UHGV virus genome: UHGV-0140992 | Length of the DNA: 40,633 nt | Direction: 5' to 3' (one strand) | DNA from: a virus | Part shown: piece by piece, positions 16,837 through 25,178 of the stretch | Position numbering within the stretch: position 1 is the first letter of the stretch | How the letters are laid out: the number at the start of each line of letters is the position of its first letter | Translations under genes and position numbers: made by a program | The notes under the pieces: model-generated | Told to the model about the DNA's origin: nothing | Seen by the model: only the letters and a program-made list of their open reading frames with translations | Databases searched by the model: none

Positions 16837-17421
16837 ATGAAAAGTATCCAGGACGTCCGCAGGCAAAATCTCAACGACTTGATCGACCGTGAATTCAATG
16901 GTGTTCAGACGCGGATGGCAGAAAAACTTGGAACTCAGGCAAATCTGGTAAACCGCTGGGCTCTTGGCAAGAAGGTTATCGGCGACCAGGTTGCACGAAA
17001 AATTGAAGCTGCCGCCAATAAACCCCGTAACTGGCTTGATATTGATCGTTCGCTTTCTCAGGAGGGTTTTCAGCCTGTCGGCCCGAGCGATATAGGTCAG
17101 CTGGCGGCTCACAACCTGGAACGCTGGATGAGCGAAAGCCGCGACCTTTCAACACAGGGAAAACTTCACCGCGCATCCGGCGTCGCCCAGGTGACAATCA
17201 GCCGCCTGTTAAACAATGAGGTCAGCGTTTCCATTTCCACCCTGGAGAATGTTGCATCCGCATTCGGGCGTCACGGATATGAACTACTGATTCACCCGCA
17301 CGACCCTGCGACTATCAACTATGACCGCTCACGCTACGCATTGTTACCCGAAACCGAGAAAGCAAAGATCGAAAGTTACATTGAATTTGTCATCAACCAG
17401 AACGAAAAAAGCAAACAATAA
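16837..17421 (+). CDS. CI-like immunity repressor, 194 aa, two HTH-like segments, no S24 peptidase domain
   Basis: divergent from the Cro-like gene across the operators; HTH-type N-terminus; no Ala-Gly / GDSM / Lys autocleavage motifs seen. Confidence 0.7.
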   Translation: MKSIQDVRRQNLNDLIDREFNGVQTRMAEKLGTQANLVNRWALGKKVIGDQVARKIEAAANKPRNWLDIDRSLSQEGFQPVGPSDIGQLAAHNLERWMSESRDLSTQGKLHRASGVAQVTISRLLNNEVSVSISTLENVASAFGRHGYELLIHPHDPATINYDRSRYALLPETEKAKIESYIEFVINQNEKSKQ

Positions 17422-17442
17422 AACTATAGTTTTCAGTAAGTA

Positions 17443-17467
17443 AGCCGCCTCATGGCGGCTTTTTTAT
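17443..17467 (+). terminator. intrinsic terminator of the repressor gene
   Basis: agccgcc-tcat-ggcggct followed by TTTTTTATT. Confidence 0.6.
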
Positions 17468-17478
17468 TGCCAGATAGA

Positions 17479-17555
17479 TTACCTTACGGGTAATTTTTTT
17501 AACTCATATCTATTGACACCAAACCAAATAAGCATAATTATTACCCCAACGGTAA
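17479..17555. promoter_or_regulatory. OL-like operators TTACCTTACGGGTAA (17479) and TTACCCCAACGGTAA (17541) around a TTGACA hexamer
   Basis: two perfect sites flanking TTGACA at 17513, upstream of the plus-strand operon. Confidence 0.55.
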
Positions 17556-17574
17556 CAGACCGAGGTAACAAGTT

Positions 17575-17727
17575 ATGCAGTGGAAAATCATCAACGGTTG
17601 GTACTGCGTTACTGCATGCGGATTCATGAGCTGGAAGTTCCGCACCTTACAGGAAGGCATTAAGTGGGCTTTCGTCAGCAAAGAAGCTCGCGATGTAGCC
17701 AACGATAACGAGATATGGGAGGGCTGA
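17575..17727 (+). CDS. possible small protein, 50 aa (MQWKIINGWYCVTACGF...)
   Basis: GAGGT RBS; stop overlaps the next start (TGATAATG); below the ORF-track length cutoff. Confidence 0.3.
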   Translation: MQWKIINGWYCVTACGFMSWKFRTLQEGIKWAFVSKEARDVANDNEIWEG

Positions 17728-17729
17728 TA

Positions 17730-18029
17730 ATGAACGTTAATCAGCAGAAAAATCTTCAAAAAATCATGCTGGCATTCGACAAGGACTACCGCCTGTCAGA
17801 ACAGCTATATGACCGACAAGTTGAACTGATTGAGAGCATCCGACTTCATCAACTGTCCTCAACTTTCGACGTTGTAACAGGCAAAGGCGTTCGTCAGGAA
17901 GTGCTGGAGGCTGCTAAAGACAGCCCTGAGTTCGAAGAACTGATGGATGCCTACCGGCGCGAGGCAATGGCAATTATAGCGCGCTGGGATCTGGCGGATC
18001 AGCTTGATGGGCAGAGGGACGCGGCATGA
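17730..18029 (+). CDS. hypothetical early protein, 99 aa (ATG at 17730)
   Basis: GGGAGG RBS 8 nt upstream; stop overlaps the exonuclease start. Confidence 0.5.
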   Translation: MNVNQQKNLQKIMLAFDKDYRLSEQLYDRQVELIESIRLHQLSSTFDVVTGKGVRQEVLEAAKDSPEFEELMDAYRREAMAIIARWDLADQLDGQRDAA

Positions 18030-18925
18030 TGCGGAACGCTGGAATCATGGATAGAACAAAATACATCGGAGGAAGCGATGTTGCAGGGATTCTTGGAATT
18101 AGCCCATGGCGCACCCCGCTTGAGGTTTATCTGGATAAGGTCCAGCCACGTGTCAAACCAGTAGACCCAAGCAAGCAGAAAGTTTTCACGCGTGGCCAGC
18201 GTATGGAGCCATACGTAATAGACCTGCTTTCTGAGGAAACAGGGATGGAAATCGTTCATCGCGGAAACCGCTATATCCACCGTGATTACGATTTTATTGC
18301 AGCTGAGATCGATGCAGAAGCAGCGTCAGGCGAGAACATTGAGATCAAAACAGTTAGTCCGTTCAAAGCCAAAGAATGGGGAGAAATCCAGACAGATGCA
18401 ATTCCTGTGCATTACACGGCCCAGGCCATGCACGGGTTGATGGTTACAAACAAACAGGTATGCGTTTTCGGTGTGCTTATCGGTGGCGACGACTTCCGAA
18501 TCTATCGGGTTGAGCGTGATGAAGAAACTATCCAGGCGATCTTAGAAAAAGAAATCGCTTTCTGGGACCGAGTGAAAAATCTTAACCCGCCGGAAGCTAC
18601 CAGCGTAAGCGATGTATCGCTGATGTTTGAGAAAGATGCCGGGACAAGTATCGAGGCTGACGGAAAGGCACTCGCACTATTCAACGATCTACGAGACATG
18701 AAATCACGCAGAAAATCACTGGAAGAAGAAATAGCTATATCAGAAGAGAAGCTGAAGATGTACATGCAAGAGCACTCAGTCCTGACCCTGGACGGAAAGC
18801 CGCTCTGCACATGGAAATCTCAGATCAGCAACAGATTCGACCAGAAGCTATTCCAGTCAGTACACCCTGAGTTATTCGAAAAATTCAAAACAACAACGAC
18901 ACAACGCGTCTTCAGAATGAAGTAA
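18026..18925 (+). CDS. YqaJ-like recombination exonuclease, 299 aa
   Basis: YIGGSDVAGILGISPWRTPLEVY motif typical of the YqaJ family; paired with RecT. Confidence 0.8.
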   Translation: MMRNAGIMDRTKYIGGSDVAGILGISPWRTPLEVYLDKVQPRVKPVDPSKQKVFTRGQRMEPYVIDLLSEETGMEIVHRGNRYIHRDYDFIAAEIDAEAASGENIEIKTVSPFKAKEWGEIQTDAIPVHYTAQAMHGLMVTNKQVCVFGVLIGGDDFRIYRVERDEETIQAILEKEIAFWDRVKNLNPPEATSVSDVSLMFEKDAGTSIEADGKALALFNDLRDMKSRRKSLEEEIAISEEKLKMYMQEHSVLTLDGKPLCTWKSQISNRFDQKLFQSVHPELFEKFKTTTTQRVFRMK

Positions 18926-18934
18926 GGAGAAAAA

Positions 18935-19957
18935 ATGTCTATCAATGCACTTAAGGCAGCGGCTACCGGTAACCAAGTTGCACATCATAATGAGAAACCA
19001 ACAACTCTGGCCGGACTTCTGGCAGACCCAAAAATTAAAGCTCAGATGGCTTTGGCACTTCCAAAGCACATGACAGCAGACCGTCTGGCGCGCATAGCAA
19101 CCACAGAGATCAGAAAGGTTCCAAAACTTGCATCATGCGACCAAGCCAGCTTCCTGGGGGCAATTATGCAATGTGCCCAATTGGGTCTTGAACCAGGCGG
19201 AGCTCTTGGACACGCTTACCTGATACCGTTCGACAAACGCCAGAAAGTAAATGGAAGATGGGAAACCGTATCTACAGAAGCACAGCTGATTATCGGCTAT
19301 CGCGGAATGATTGACCTTGCCCGCCGCTCTGGGCAGATCCTGAGTATCTCGGCTCGTACCGTACATACAAACGACAAATTCAGCTACTCATACGGCCTGG
19401 AAGAAACGCTCGAGCATTTACCTTGCGAAACAGGTGACCGCGGAGAATTAACGCACGTTTACGCCGTTGCACGACTGAAAGATGGCGGAGTCCAATTTGA
19501 AGTTATGAGCCGGGCAGACGTTGAGAAAGTTCGTGCACTGAGCAAAGCCGGTAGCAGTGGCCCATGGGTTGATCACTTCGATGAGATGGCTAAAAAAACA
19601 GTAATTCGCCGACTGTTCAAATATCTTCCTGTTTCTATTGAAATGCAGAAGGCTGTTGTTATGGATGAGCGCGCTGAAGCTGGACTTAGCCAAGATAACG
19701 CAGCTGTTATCACTGGTGAATATTCCGTAGTTGACGATGAGCGTCAACACCTGTCGCCAATTTCAGATTCAGAACGAGAAGAAGCTCGAGAATATATCAT
19801 CGCGATACTTAATAGCCTGGATCCATCTGCTGAAGATGCAAAAACGATGTTCAAGCGCGCTGAAAATGAAATTAACACCATGGCTGAAAAGCTCGGTGAT
19901 GAATATCACCAAAAATTCATGATGACGCTTAACGATATGCGTCCAGAATTCGAGTAA
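18935..19957 (+). CDS. recT: RecT-family single-strand annealing protein, 340 aa
   Basis: RecT-like motifs (GLEPGGALGHAYLIPF); classic exonuclease-RecT pair. Confidence 0.85.
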   Translation: MSINALKAAATGNQVAHHNEKPTTLAGLLADPKIKAQMALALPKHMTADRLARIATTEIRKVPKLASCDQASFLGAIMQCAQLGLEPGGALGHAYLIPFDKRQKVNGRWETVSTEAQLIIGYRGMIDLARRSGQILSISARTVHTNDKFSYSYGLEETLEHLPCETGDRGELTHVYAVARLKDGGVQFEVMSRADVEKVRALSKAGSSGPWVDHFDEMAKKTVIRRLFKYLPVSIEMQKAVVMDERAEAGLSQDNAAVITGEYSVVDDERQHLSPISDSEREEAREYIIAILNSLDPSAEDAKTMFKRAENEINTMAEKLGDEYHQKFMMTLNDMRPEFE

Positions 19958-20006
19958 CCACCACCGCGGCGCCACGTGCGCCGCACTGCAACCAAGAGAG
20001 GTATTC

Positions 20007-20255
20007 ATGAAAGGTGCATTAGGTAAGAAAGAACTCCTGGCGGTGGTGCCACTGTCATGGAGCACTATCGACCGTATGGAGCGCGCAGGGGAATTTCCTA
20101 AACGCTGGTATATCACCGATAAACGCTGCGCATGGAACCGTGATGAAGTTGAGCGTTGGCTTGATGAACGTCAGGCAGCAAGCCCGGCAGAGTTCCAGGG
20201 TAAAAAGCCTCCTGTTCAGCAACGTGTATATCGTCCCGTGAGCAACGCTGCATGA
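20007..20255 (+). CDS. AlpA/excisionase-like small DNA-binding protein, 82 aa
   Basis: AlpA-type HTH (WSTIDRMERAGEFPKRWYI). Confidence 0.5.
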   Translation: MKGALGKKELLAVVPLSWSTIDRMERAGEFPKRWYITDKRCAWNRDEVERWLDERQAASPAEFQGKKPPVQQRVYRPVSNAA

Positions 20256-20364
20256 GTGCGCTGCTAAGGCACTGGAGCAAATGGTCAGGATGGTACTTAT
20301 TCCTGGCCTCTGTTTCAGCATGGCTTTATCTGCTGGCATTAATTTTCAGAGAGGGTTGGATTAA

Positions 20365-20664
20365 GTGAGAAAGTTAAGCCGACTTGAAAAATATCACATG
20401 AATAAGGTTTCAATGCGCAGTCCGTCAAAGATTGTCGCCGTTACTCCTGCGGCGATAGAGATCGAAAAACGCGCGATTGAAAGAGAGAAAAAAGGGCAAT
20501 TCCGCATTGCCGCTCACCTTTGGCTTCAGTGTATGGATGTTGCTTCTGGTGATGTTGAACGTGCAAGGATCGCGGTTCGCAGGGACCAATGTATCACAAA
20601 AGGTAACGGCCTTCGCCGTGGCGACTATAGCGGCATAGGATGTTGTGGGGTGGTTTATGACTAA
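20365..20664 (+). CDS. hypothetical protein, 99 aa (GTG start; internal ATG possible)
   Basis: ORF track. Confidence 0.35.
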   Translation: MRKLSRLEKYHMNKVSMRSPSKIVAVTPAAIEIEKRAIEREKKGQFRIAAHLWLQCMDVASGDVERARIAVRRDQCITKGNGLRRGDYSGIGCCGVVYD

Positions 20665-21307
20665 GAAATACACACTAATCTATGCAGATCCACCCTGGGT
20701 ATACCGGGACAAAGCCGCAGATGGTAATCGCGGTGCCGGTTTTAAATATCCGGTTATGAGTGTGCTGGATATCTGCCGCCTTCCTGTGTGGGATTTGGCC
20801 GATGAAAACTGTCTGTTGGCCATGTGGTGGGTGCCAACACAACCACTCGAAGCACTAAAAGTTGTTGAAGCCTGGGGATTCCGTCTGATGACGATGAAGG
20901 GCTTCACGTGGATAAAATGTGGTAGTCGACAACCAGATAAACTGGTTATGGGTATGGGACACATGACTCGCGCCAATAGTGAAGATTGCCTGTTTGCGGT
21001 AAAGGGAAAACTACCTACGCGCATTAATGCAGGGATCGTTCAGTCATTTACCGCACCGCGGCTTGAGCATTCAAGAAAGCCAGATATCGTTCGTGAAAAA
21101 CTTGTGCAATTATTAGGCGATATTTCTCGCATTGAACTGTTCGCCCGCCAGACGTCTCATGGCTTTGATGTTTGGGGTAATCAGTGCGAAGACCCGGCAG
21201 TGCAACTACACCCTGGATACGCGTTGGATATTGGCGGATTAACAAATGCATTCAGCAATGCTCCGCTGTCACCAACAGACATCCAGGGGCGGGAGCGTGC
21301 TGCATGA
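20645..21307 (+). CDS. MT-A70-family DNA N6-adenine methyltransferase, 220 aa
   Basis: DPPW catalytic motif (IYADPPWVY). Confidence 0.75.
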   Translation: MGWFMTKKYTLIYADPPWVYRDKAADGNRGAGFKYPVMSVLDICRLPVWDLADENCLLAMWWVPTQPLEALKVVEAWGFRLMTMKGFTWIKCGSRQPDKLVMGMGHMTRANSEDCLFAVKGKLPTRINAGIVQSFTAPRLEHSRKPDIVREKLVQLLGDISRIELFARQTSHGFDVWGNQCEDPAVQLHPGYALDIGGLTNAFSNAPLSPTDIQGRERAA

Positions 21308-21502
21308 ACAGGGCATCACCAGCAGATTTAAGAAAATGCCTTGAAACTGCAAGGCATGCTTGCACACAGCGGGATCAGGTTTGTTCCAATTCCCGCTGTC
21401 ACTGATGCTGAATTTGCAACACTGTCAGCAATATTCGAAAACAAAATTGAATCACTGGCAGCAGAAGCAGAGATGGAAGAAAATCAGCAGAACTATTAAA
21501 CG

Positions 21503-22753
21503 TTATTCCCCCGCCATCCACTTCTCAAACTTCGACGGGGAGAACGGAATCAGATCCGTATGCTCCCCGTCAATCCATGAATCAATCATATCGGCCCACT
21601 GCTGCAACATGTAGGCGCGCTGTCTGGCGTATTCCGCTTTGTTATATACGGCGCGCACACCTTTCTGCTCATGTGCCAGAGCCTTTTCAATCCAGTCTGA
21701 AGGATAACCAGCCTCATGCAACAACGTACTGGCTGTACGGCGCATATCATGTACAGTGAAGTCCTGAATATGCTCACCATCTTCATTTATTATTTTCACC
21801 GTTCTGTCGATCAGAGAGTTCAGCGCGGCATTAGATAATGGCTTCCGGAAATTGTAACGACCAGGAACCAGATATTCACTTCCACCAGCGCACATCTGCA
21901 ACCCGACCAATATATCCTGTGCCTGTTTAGGCAGGTAAATAACGTGCGCCCGGCTTCCCTTCATGCGGTCTGGAGGAATTGTCCATGTCCATTTTTTAAA
22001 ATCTATTTCATCCCACGTTGCATTGGTGAATTCGCCCTTACGAACCATAGTGATAAGCACCAGTTTTAAAGCCATTTTCATAGTGCCCATAGCACCAATG
22101 GCATCCAGCGTGCGGAAGAACAGGCCAATTTCTTCTGGTGCCAGTGTTCGCTCTCGTGGTTTAAATATGGCGATAGACGAAGGTTTAATGTCAGCCGCAG
22201 GATTAAACAAACCATGACCACGGTCATTGGCGTGACGGTATACGCTACTGATGATCTCCCTGGCCTGCACTGCTGTTGCCCGGCCACCGCGTTCGACAAT
22301 CCGGTCACACAAATCACGAACCATCGATGTGGTAATTTCAGCCATCATTTTATTGCCAAGAACCGGAAGTATGTCACGGTCGATCACCGCCTGTTTCATT
22401 GCGCGGGTACTGTCAGCCAGGATGACGTGTTTCATATAACTGTCGGTATGTACCGCAAACGTCTCGGCACCACGAATCTTTTTGATACCGTCACGTTTAG
22501 CCGCAGCCGGTGACTGGCCTGCTTTAAGCAGCTTCTTTGCAGCAATCAGTTCTTCTCGCGCTTCTGCCAGGCTGATACCGTCACGCCCATACTGCCCGAT
22601 TACCAGTGTTTCGCGGCGACCGTTGATACGGTAGTCATAGCGAAACGAGACCGTGCCTGACGTAAGCACAGCTACATACAGCCCGTCACGATCGGAGACC
22701 TTGTACAGTTTGTCCTGCGGCTTGAGGTTTTTTAATTTTGTATCGGTAAGCAC
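21503..22753 (-). CDS. int: tyrosine integrase, P4-like, 416 aa
   Basis: N-terminal arm-binding-type domain and C-terminal catalytic region (HDMRRTASTLL ... Y); GTG start. Confidence 0.9.
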   Translation of the reverse strand: MLTDTKLKNLKPQDKLYKVSDRDGLYVAVLTSGTVSFRYDYRINGRRETLVIGQYGRDGISLAEAREELIAAKKLLKAGQSPAAAKRDGIKKIRGAETFAVHTDSYMKHVILADSTRAMKQAVIDRDILPVLGNKMMAEITTSMVRDLCDRIVERGGRATAVQAREIISSVYRHANDRGHGLFNPAADIKPSSIAIFKPRERTLAPEEIGLFFRTLDAIGAMGTMKMALKLVLITMVRKGEFTNATWDEIDFKKWTWTIPPDRMKGSRAHVIYLPKQAQDILVGLQMCAGGSEYLVPGRYNFRKPLSNAALNSLIDRTVKIINEDGEHIQDFTVHDMRRTASTLLHEAGYPSDWIEKALAHEQKGVRAVYNKAEYARQRAYMLQQWADMIDSWIDGEHTDLIPFSPSKFEKWMAGE

Positions 22754-22795
22754 AATTCACCCGTATAGAAACCATTTTCATGACGGTATGAGAGT

Positions 22796-22810
22796 ATACC
22801 TTTAAGGTAA
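22796..22810. promoter_or_regulatory. operator-type site ATACCTTTAAGGTAA (one mismatch)
   Basis: about 45 bp upstream of the integrase start. Confidence 0.4.
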
Positions 22811-23043
22811 TACCGTCACCTGTACCGACGAAAAATATGGTGTATAGTGAATAGAAATGAATACATAAAAACAAAAACCCTCTGTTTTTACAGAGGGTTA
22901 AATTAGTATCTGAATAGGAATGAGTTGCTATGAGTTAGCTGTTAATCATTCCCACTCAATTATTTACGATAACCATAACCAATTGAGTGATAACATTTTT
23001 CCAAATCTCAATTTTTCCCGTACCGTTTTATATACCGTCACCG
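22811..23043. other. candidate attP region with direct repeats TACCGTCACC (about 22811 and 23034) and GTACCG
   Basis: non-coding region next to int; repeated 10-mers about 220 bp apart; 9-bp inverted repeat cactcaatt ... aattgagtg around 22950-22990. Confidence 0.3.
22866..22899 (-). terminator. intrinsic terminator at the end of the late/lysis operon
   Basis: aaccctctg-ttttta-cagagggtt 9-bp stem followed by TTTTTGTTTTT on the minus strand. Confidence 0.6.
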
Positions 23044-23070
23044 GAAATCAGTACCATGAAAAATGCCATG

Positions 23071-23553
23071 CTATCTGGTCAAAGTGTCGTACTGTTTTTC
23101 GCAGACTCTTCCGGCTTCGGCTGCCCGGTCAGCATACTCTGCCAGTTGTCTGTTTCTCTCGAGAGATTTGCTGAGCACGTCGGCAAGCAAAACTCCGGTG
23201 TCTGCGGCTGACGACCCAGCGCCGACAATGGCGTTATACTGCCTGAGCTGCTCACGGATGGCAAAGAGTTGTTGCTGCAACCGGCCAGCGCTAGCGGCAG
23301 CATCAAGAGCATCATTGCGCGCCTGGTCGATCCTCTGCTGAGCTTCACGTTCATTGGTCACTTTCTCCTGTTCGTAGTACTGACGAACTTTGTCTTCTTC
23401 GGCTTTGCGGTCTTCTTCCGCCTGAGCATACCCGGCATCGTACTGGCGACTGCCGTGTATATTCCAGGCAACCACTCCTGATATGACCAGAACAGCAAGC
23501 ACTGCCACGATAAGAAACTGTTTCCAGTATGCTTTTACGAATGCCCAGATCAT
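23071..23553 (-). CDS. Rz-like i-spanin, 160 aa
   Basis: N-terminal TM helix then charged coiled-coil; follows the endolysin with ATGA overlap. Confidence 0.7.
   Translation of the reverse strand: MIWAFVKAYWKQFLIVAVLAVLVISGVVAWNIHGSRQYDAGYAQAEEDRKAEEDKVRQYYEQEKVTNEREAQQRIDQARNDALDAAASAGRLQQQLFAIREQLRQYNAIVGAGSSAADTGVLLADVLSKSLERNRQLAEYADRAAEAGRVCEKQYDTLTR
23079..23315 (-). CDS. Rz1-like o-spanin lipoprotein embedded in Rz (+1 frame)
   Basis: lipobox LALAGC after a short signal sequence; Pro/Ser-rich; fully embedded in Rz. Confidence 0.5.
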   Translation of the reverse strand: MMLLMLPLALAGCSNNSLPSVSSSGSITPLSALGRQPQTPEFCLPTCSANLSRETDNWQSMLTGQPKPEESAKNSTTL

Positions 23554-24179
23554 ACCGCCAGCACCTTACTGGCAGTGATGTACCGCGCTCGCCGGTCGTC
23601 GATGCCGTTCCGGCCACCATTGATAATCAGAGTTACACGTGCAATATCGCCGGTATACTTCATGCATCCTTTGCTGGCGAAGAACCACGCCGCGCTACGA
23701 GCCGCATATTCGTCCTGCGCCAGCAGTTCAGGGCTCTCCAGCAGGTTAACCTTCAGACCGTTTCCGCAATCACGATAGTTATTCAAACCGGTAATCTGGA
23801 TAAGTCCGCGCCCTCGGTAATTCCAGCCATCACCAGGGGCATTGTTCCCCATGCGTTTGCTGTATACCAGATTTGCGATCGCGCGCTGGCGCTCAAGTGG
23901 CAATGGTGGTTCACCAGCACGGCGCCCCAGTGCATTAGCCTGCCCCTGAGTGAGACGCCCAGCCCGAACGAAGTTAGCCAGTCCGCTGACACTGTAGTTG
24001 AAATTCTCCTGCAACCTGGTGAAGCCCCCAGACTCATGCCCGACTTGAGCAATAAACATTGCCTGATCTTCTGCTTTGCTGATACCAAACTCTTTCATCG
24101 CAGAAGTTATATGCGAGAACCAGCGTGCGGCCAGTGCCTCGCTGATACCAGCAGCTCGCTGGAATTGTTTAATCTCCAT
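23550..24179 (-). CDS. endolysin, glycoside hydrolase family 19 type, 209 aa (start [11 protein letters not shown])
   Basis: [24 protein letters not shown] and [18 protein letters not shown] motifs as in GH19 phage endolysins (recall); track ORF extends upstream of the likely start. Confidence 0.8.
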   Translation of the reverse strand: MEIKQFQRAAGISEALAARWFSHITSAMKEFGISKAEDQAMFIAQVGHESGGFTRLQENFNYSVSGLANFVRAGRLTQGQANALGRRAGEPPLPLERQRAIANLVYSKRMGNNAPGDGWNYRGRGLIQITGLNNYRDCGNGLKVNLLESPELLAQDEYAARSAAWFFASKGCMKYTGDIARVTLIINGGRNGIDDRRARYITASKVLAV

Positions 24180-24477
24180 GTTTAGACCTCGATACTTTAA
24201 AAATTTGAACGACGTTACCGCGCGTTTTAATAACCGCAGCCAGCATGACAGCGTTGATAATGACCTCAGATAAATCCACAGCCATTGGCGTACGTAACCA
24301 GATTGCATAGGCGACTCGAACAGGAATACTGGCCGCAGCAACAATCAGGAAATAAGCAAGCCATCCTCCCCACCTTCGATGTTGAGAGCCGTTACGCCGG
24401 AATGTGACAACGCGAATTGCTATGCCAGTGCAAATAACTGCATTGGTGATAAGCAAAAAAAACTCATGCGTTACCAT
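24169..24477 (-). CDS. holin-like membrane protein, 102 aa
   Basis: three predicted TM segments; overlaps the endolysin start. Confidence 0.5.
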   Translation of the reverse strand: MVTHEFFLLITNAVICTGIAIRVVTFRRNGSQHRRWGGWLAYFLIVAAASIPVRVAYAIWLRTPMAVDLSEVIINAVMLAAVIKTRGNVVQIFKVSRSKHGD

Positions 24478-24868
24478 CGTCTTTTCTCCCCGGAATTAAC
24501 TCGCGTGGATTATCGGAACGGTGATAGAGCCATATACCAATACGCACAGCGACAATTGCTGACACGAATGCGCCTGCAGAGAAAACAATCCCTTTTTCAA
24601 AAGAGTCCTGCGTGATGGTAGGGATCAGGCTGGCTATGCCGATAAGAATTGATGCTGCTGGTTTGTAAAAGAGAAGGCCGCAAAGAAAGCTGAGCATCGA
24701 CAGGAGCACCCGGCGACGGATGGGGTACTCTACTGCAGAGGTAACAAAAATTACCGCCCCAGCCAAAGCCCCTAAAGCAACCTCCGGAGGGGCACCTGCA
24801 ATAACCGCAGCAAGAGAACTAAAACTAAGCAACTGATTTAATTGCTCACTTGTTACTTGAGCAGACAT
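24464..24868 (-). CDS. holin-like membrane protein, 134 aa
   Basis: multiple hydrophobic helices; first gene of the lysis cassette. Confidence 0.45.
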   Translation of the reverse strand: MSAQVTSEQLNQLLSFSSLAAVIAGAPPEVALGALAGAVIFVTSAVEYPIRRRVLLSMLSFLCGLLFYKPAASILIGIASLIPTITQDSFEKGIVFSAGAFVSAIVAVRIGIWLYHRSDNPRELIPGRKDDGNA

Positions 24869-25149
24869 ACTTTCTCCTGTTTACTATCTATAAGCCAGTC
24901 AATTATTGATGACTAAACCCGCATAGTAAACCATATATGAATCATTATTGTTCCATATCATATATCTCAATAAAAGTACTAATGATTTTACAGAACGAGC
25001 CAGCAGAGTGGGGGCAGTTGTACAGGAACCATAGACTTAATTTTGTATTTAATAATGCTATGGTGTAATAAACCTGAACATGTATTTAAAATACGTACTG
25101 ATTCATGATAGAATTCAAAGATAACTTTTCACAAACTCCGTTTTTGATA

Positions 25150-25178
25150 CCCGCAAAATATTGCGGGCTTTTTTTTAA
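25150..25178 (+). terminator. plus-strand intrinsic terminator abutting the tailspike stop
   Basis: cccgcaa-aata-ttgcggg followed by CTTTTTTTTAA; U-run only on the plus strand. Confidence 0.45.

Noticed and set aside
21356-21614. Small plus-strand ORFs (47 aa from ATG 21356; 84-aa track ORF from 21360) between the methyltransferase and integrase
   Set aside because: Weak start context and overlap with the integrase 3-prime end on the other strand; could be a small Xis-like gene but evidence is insufficient.
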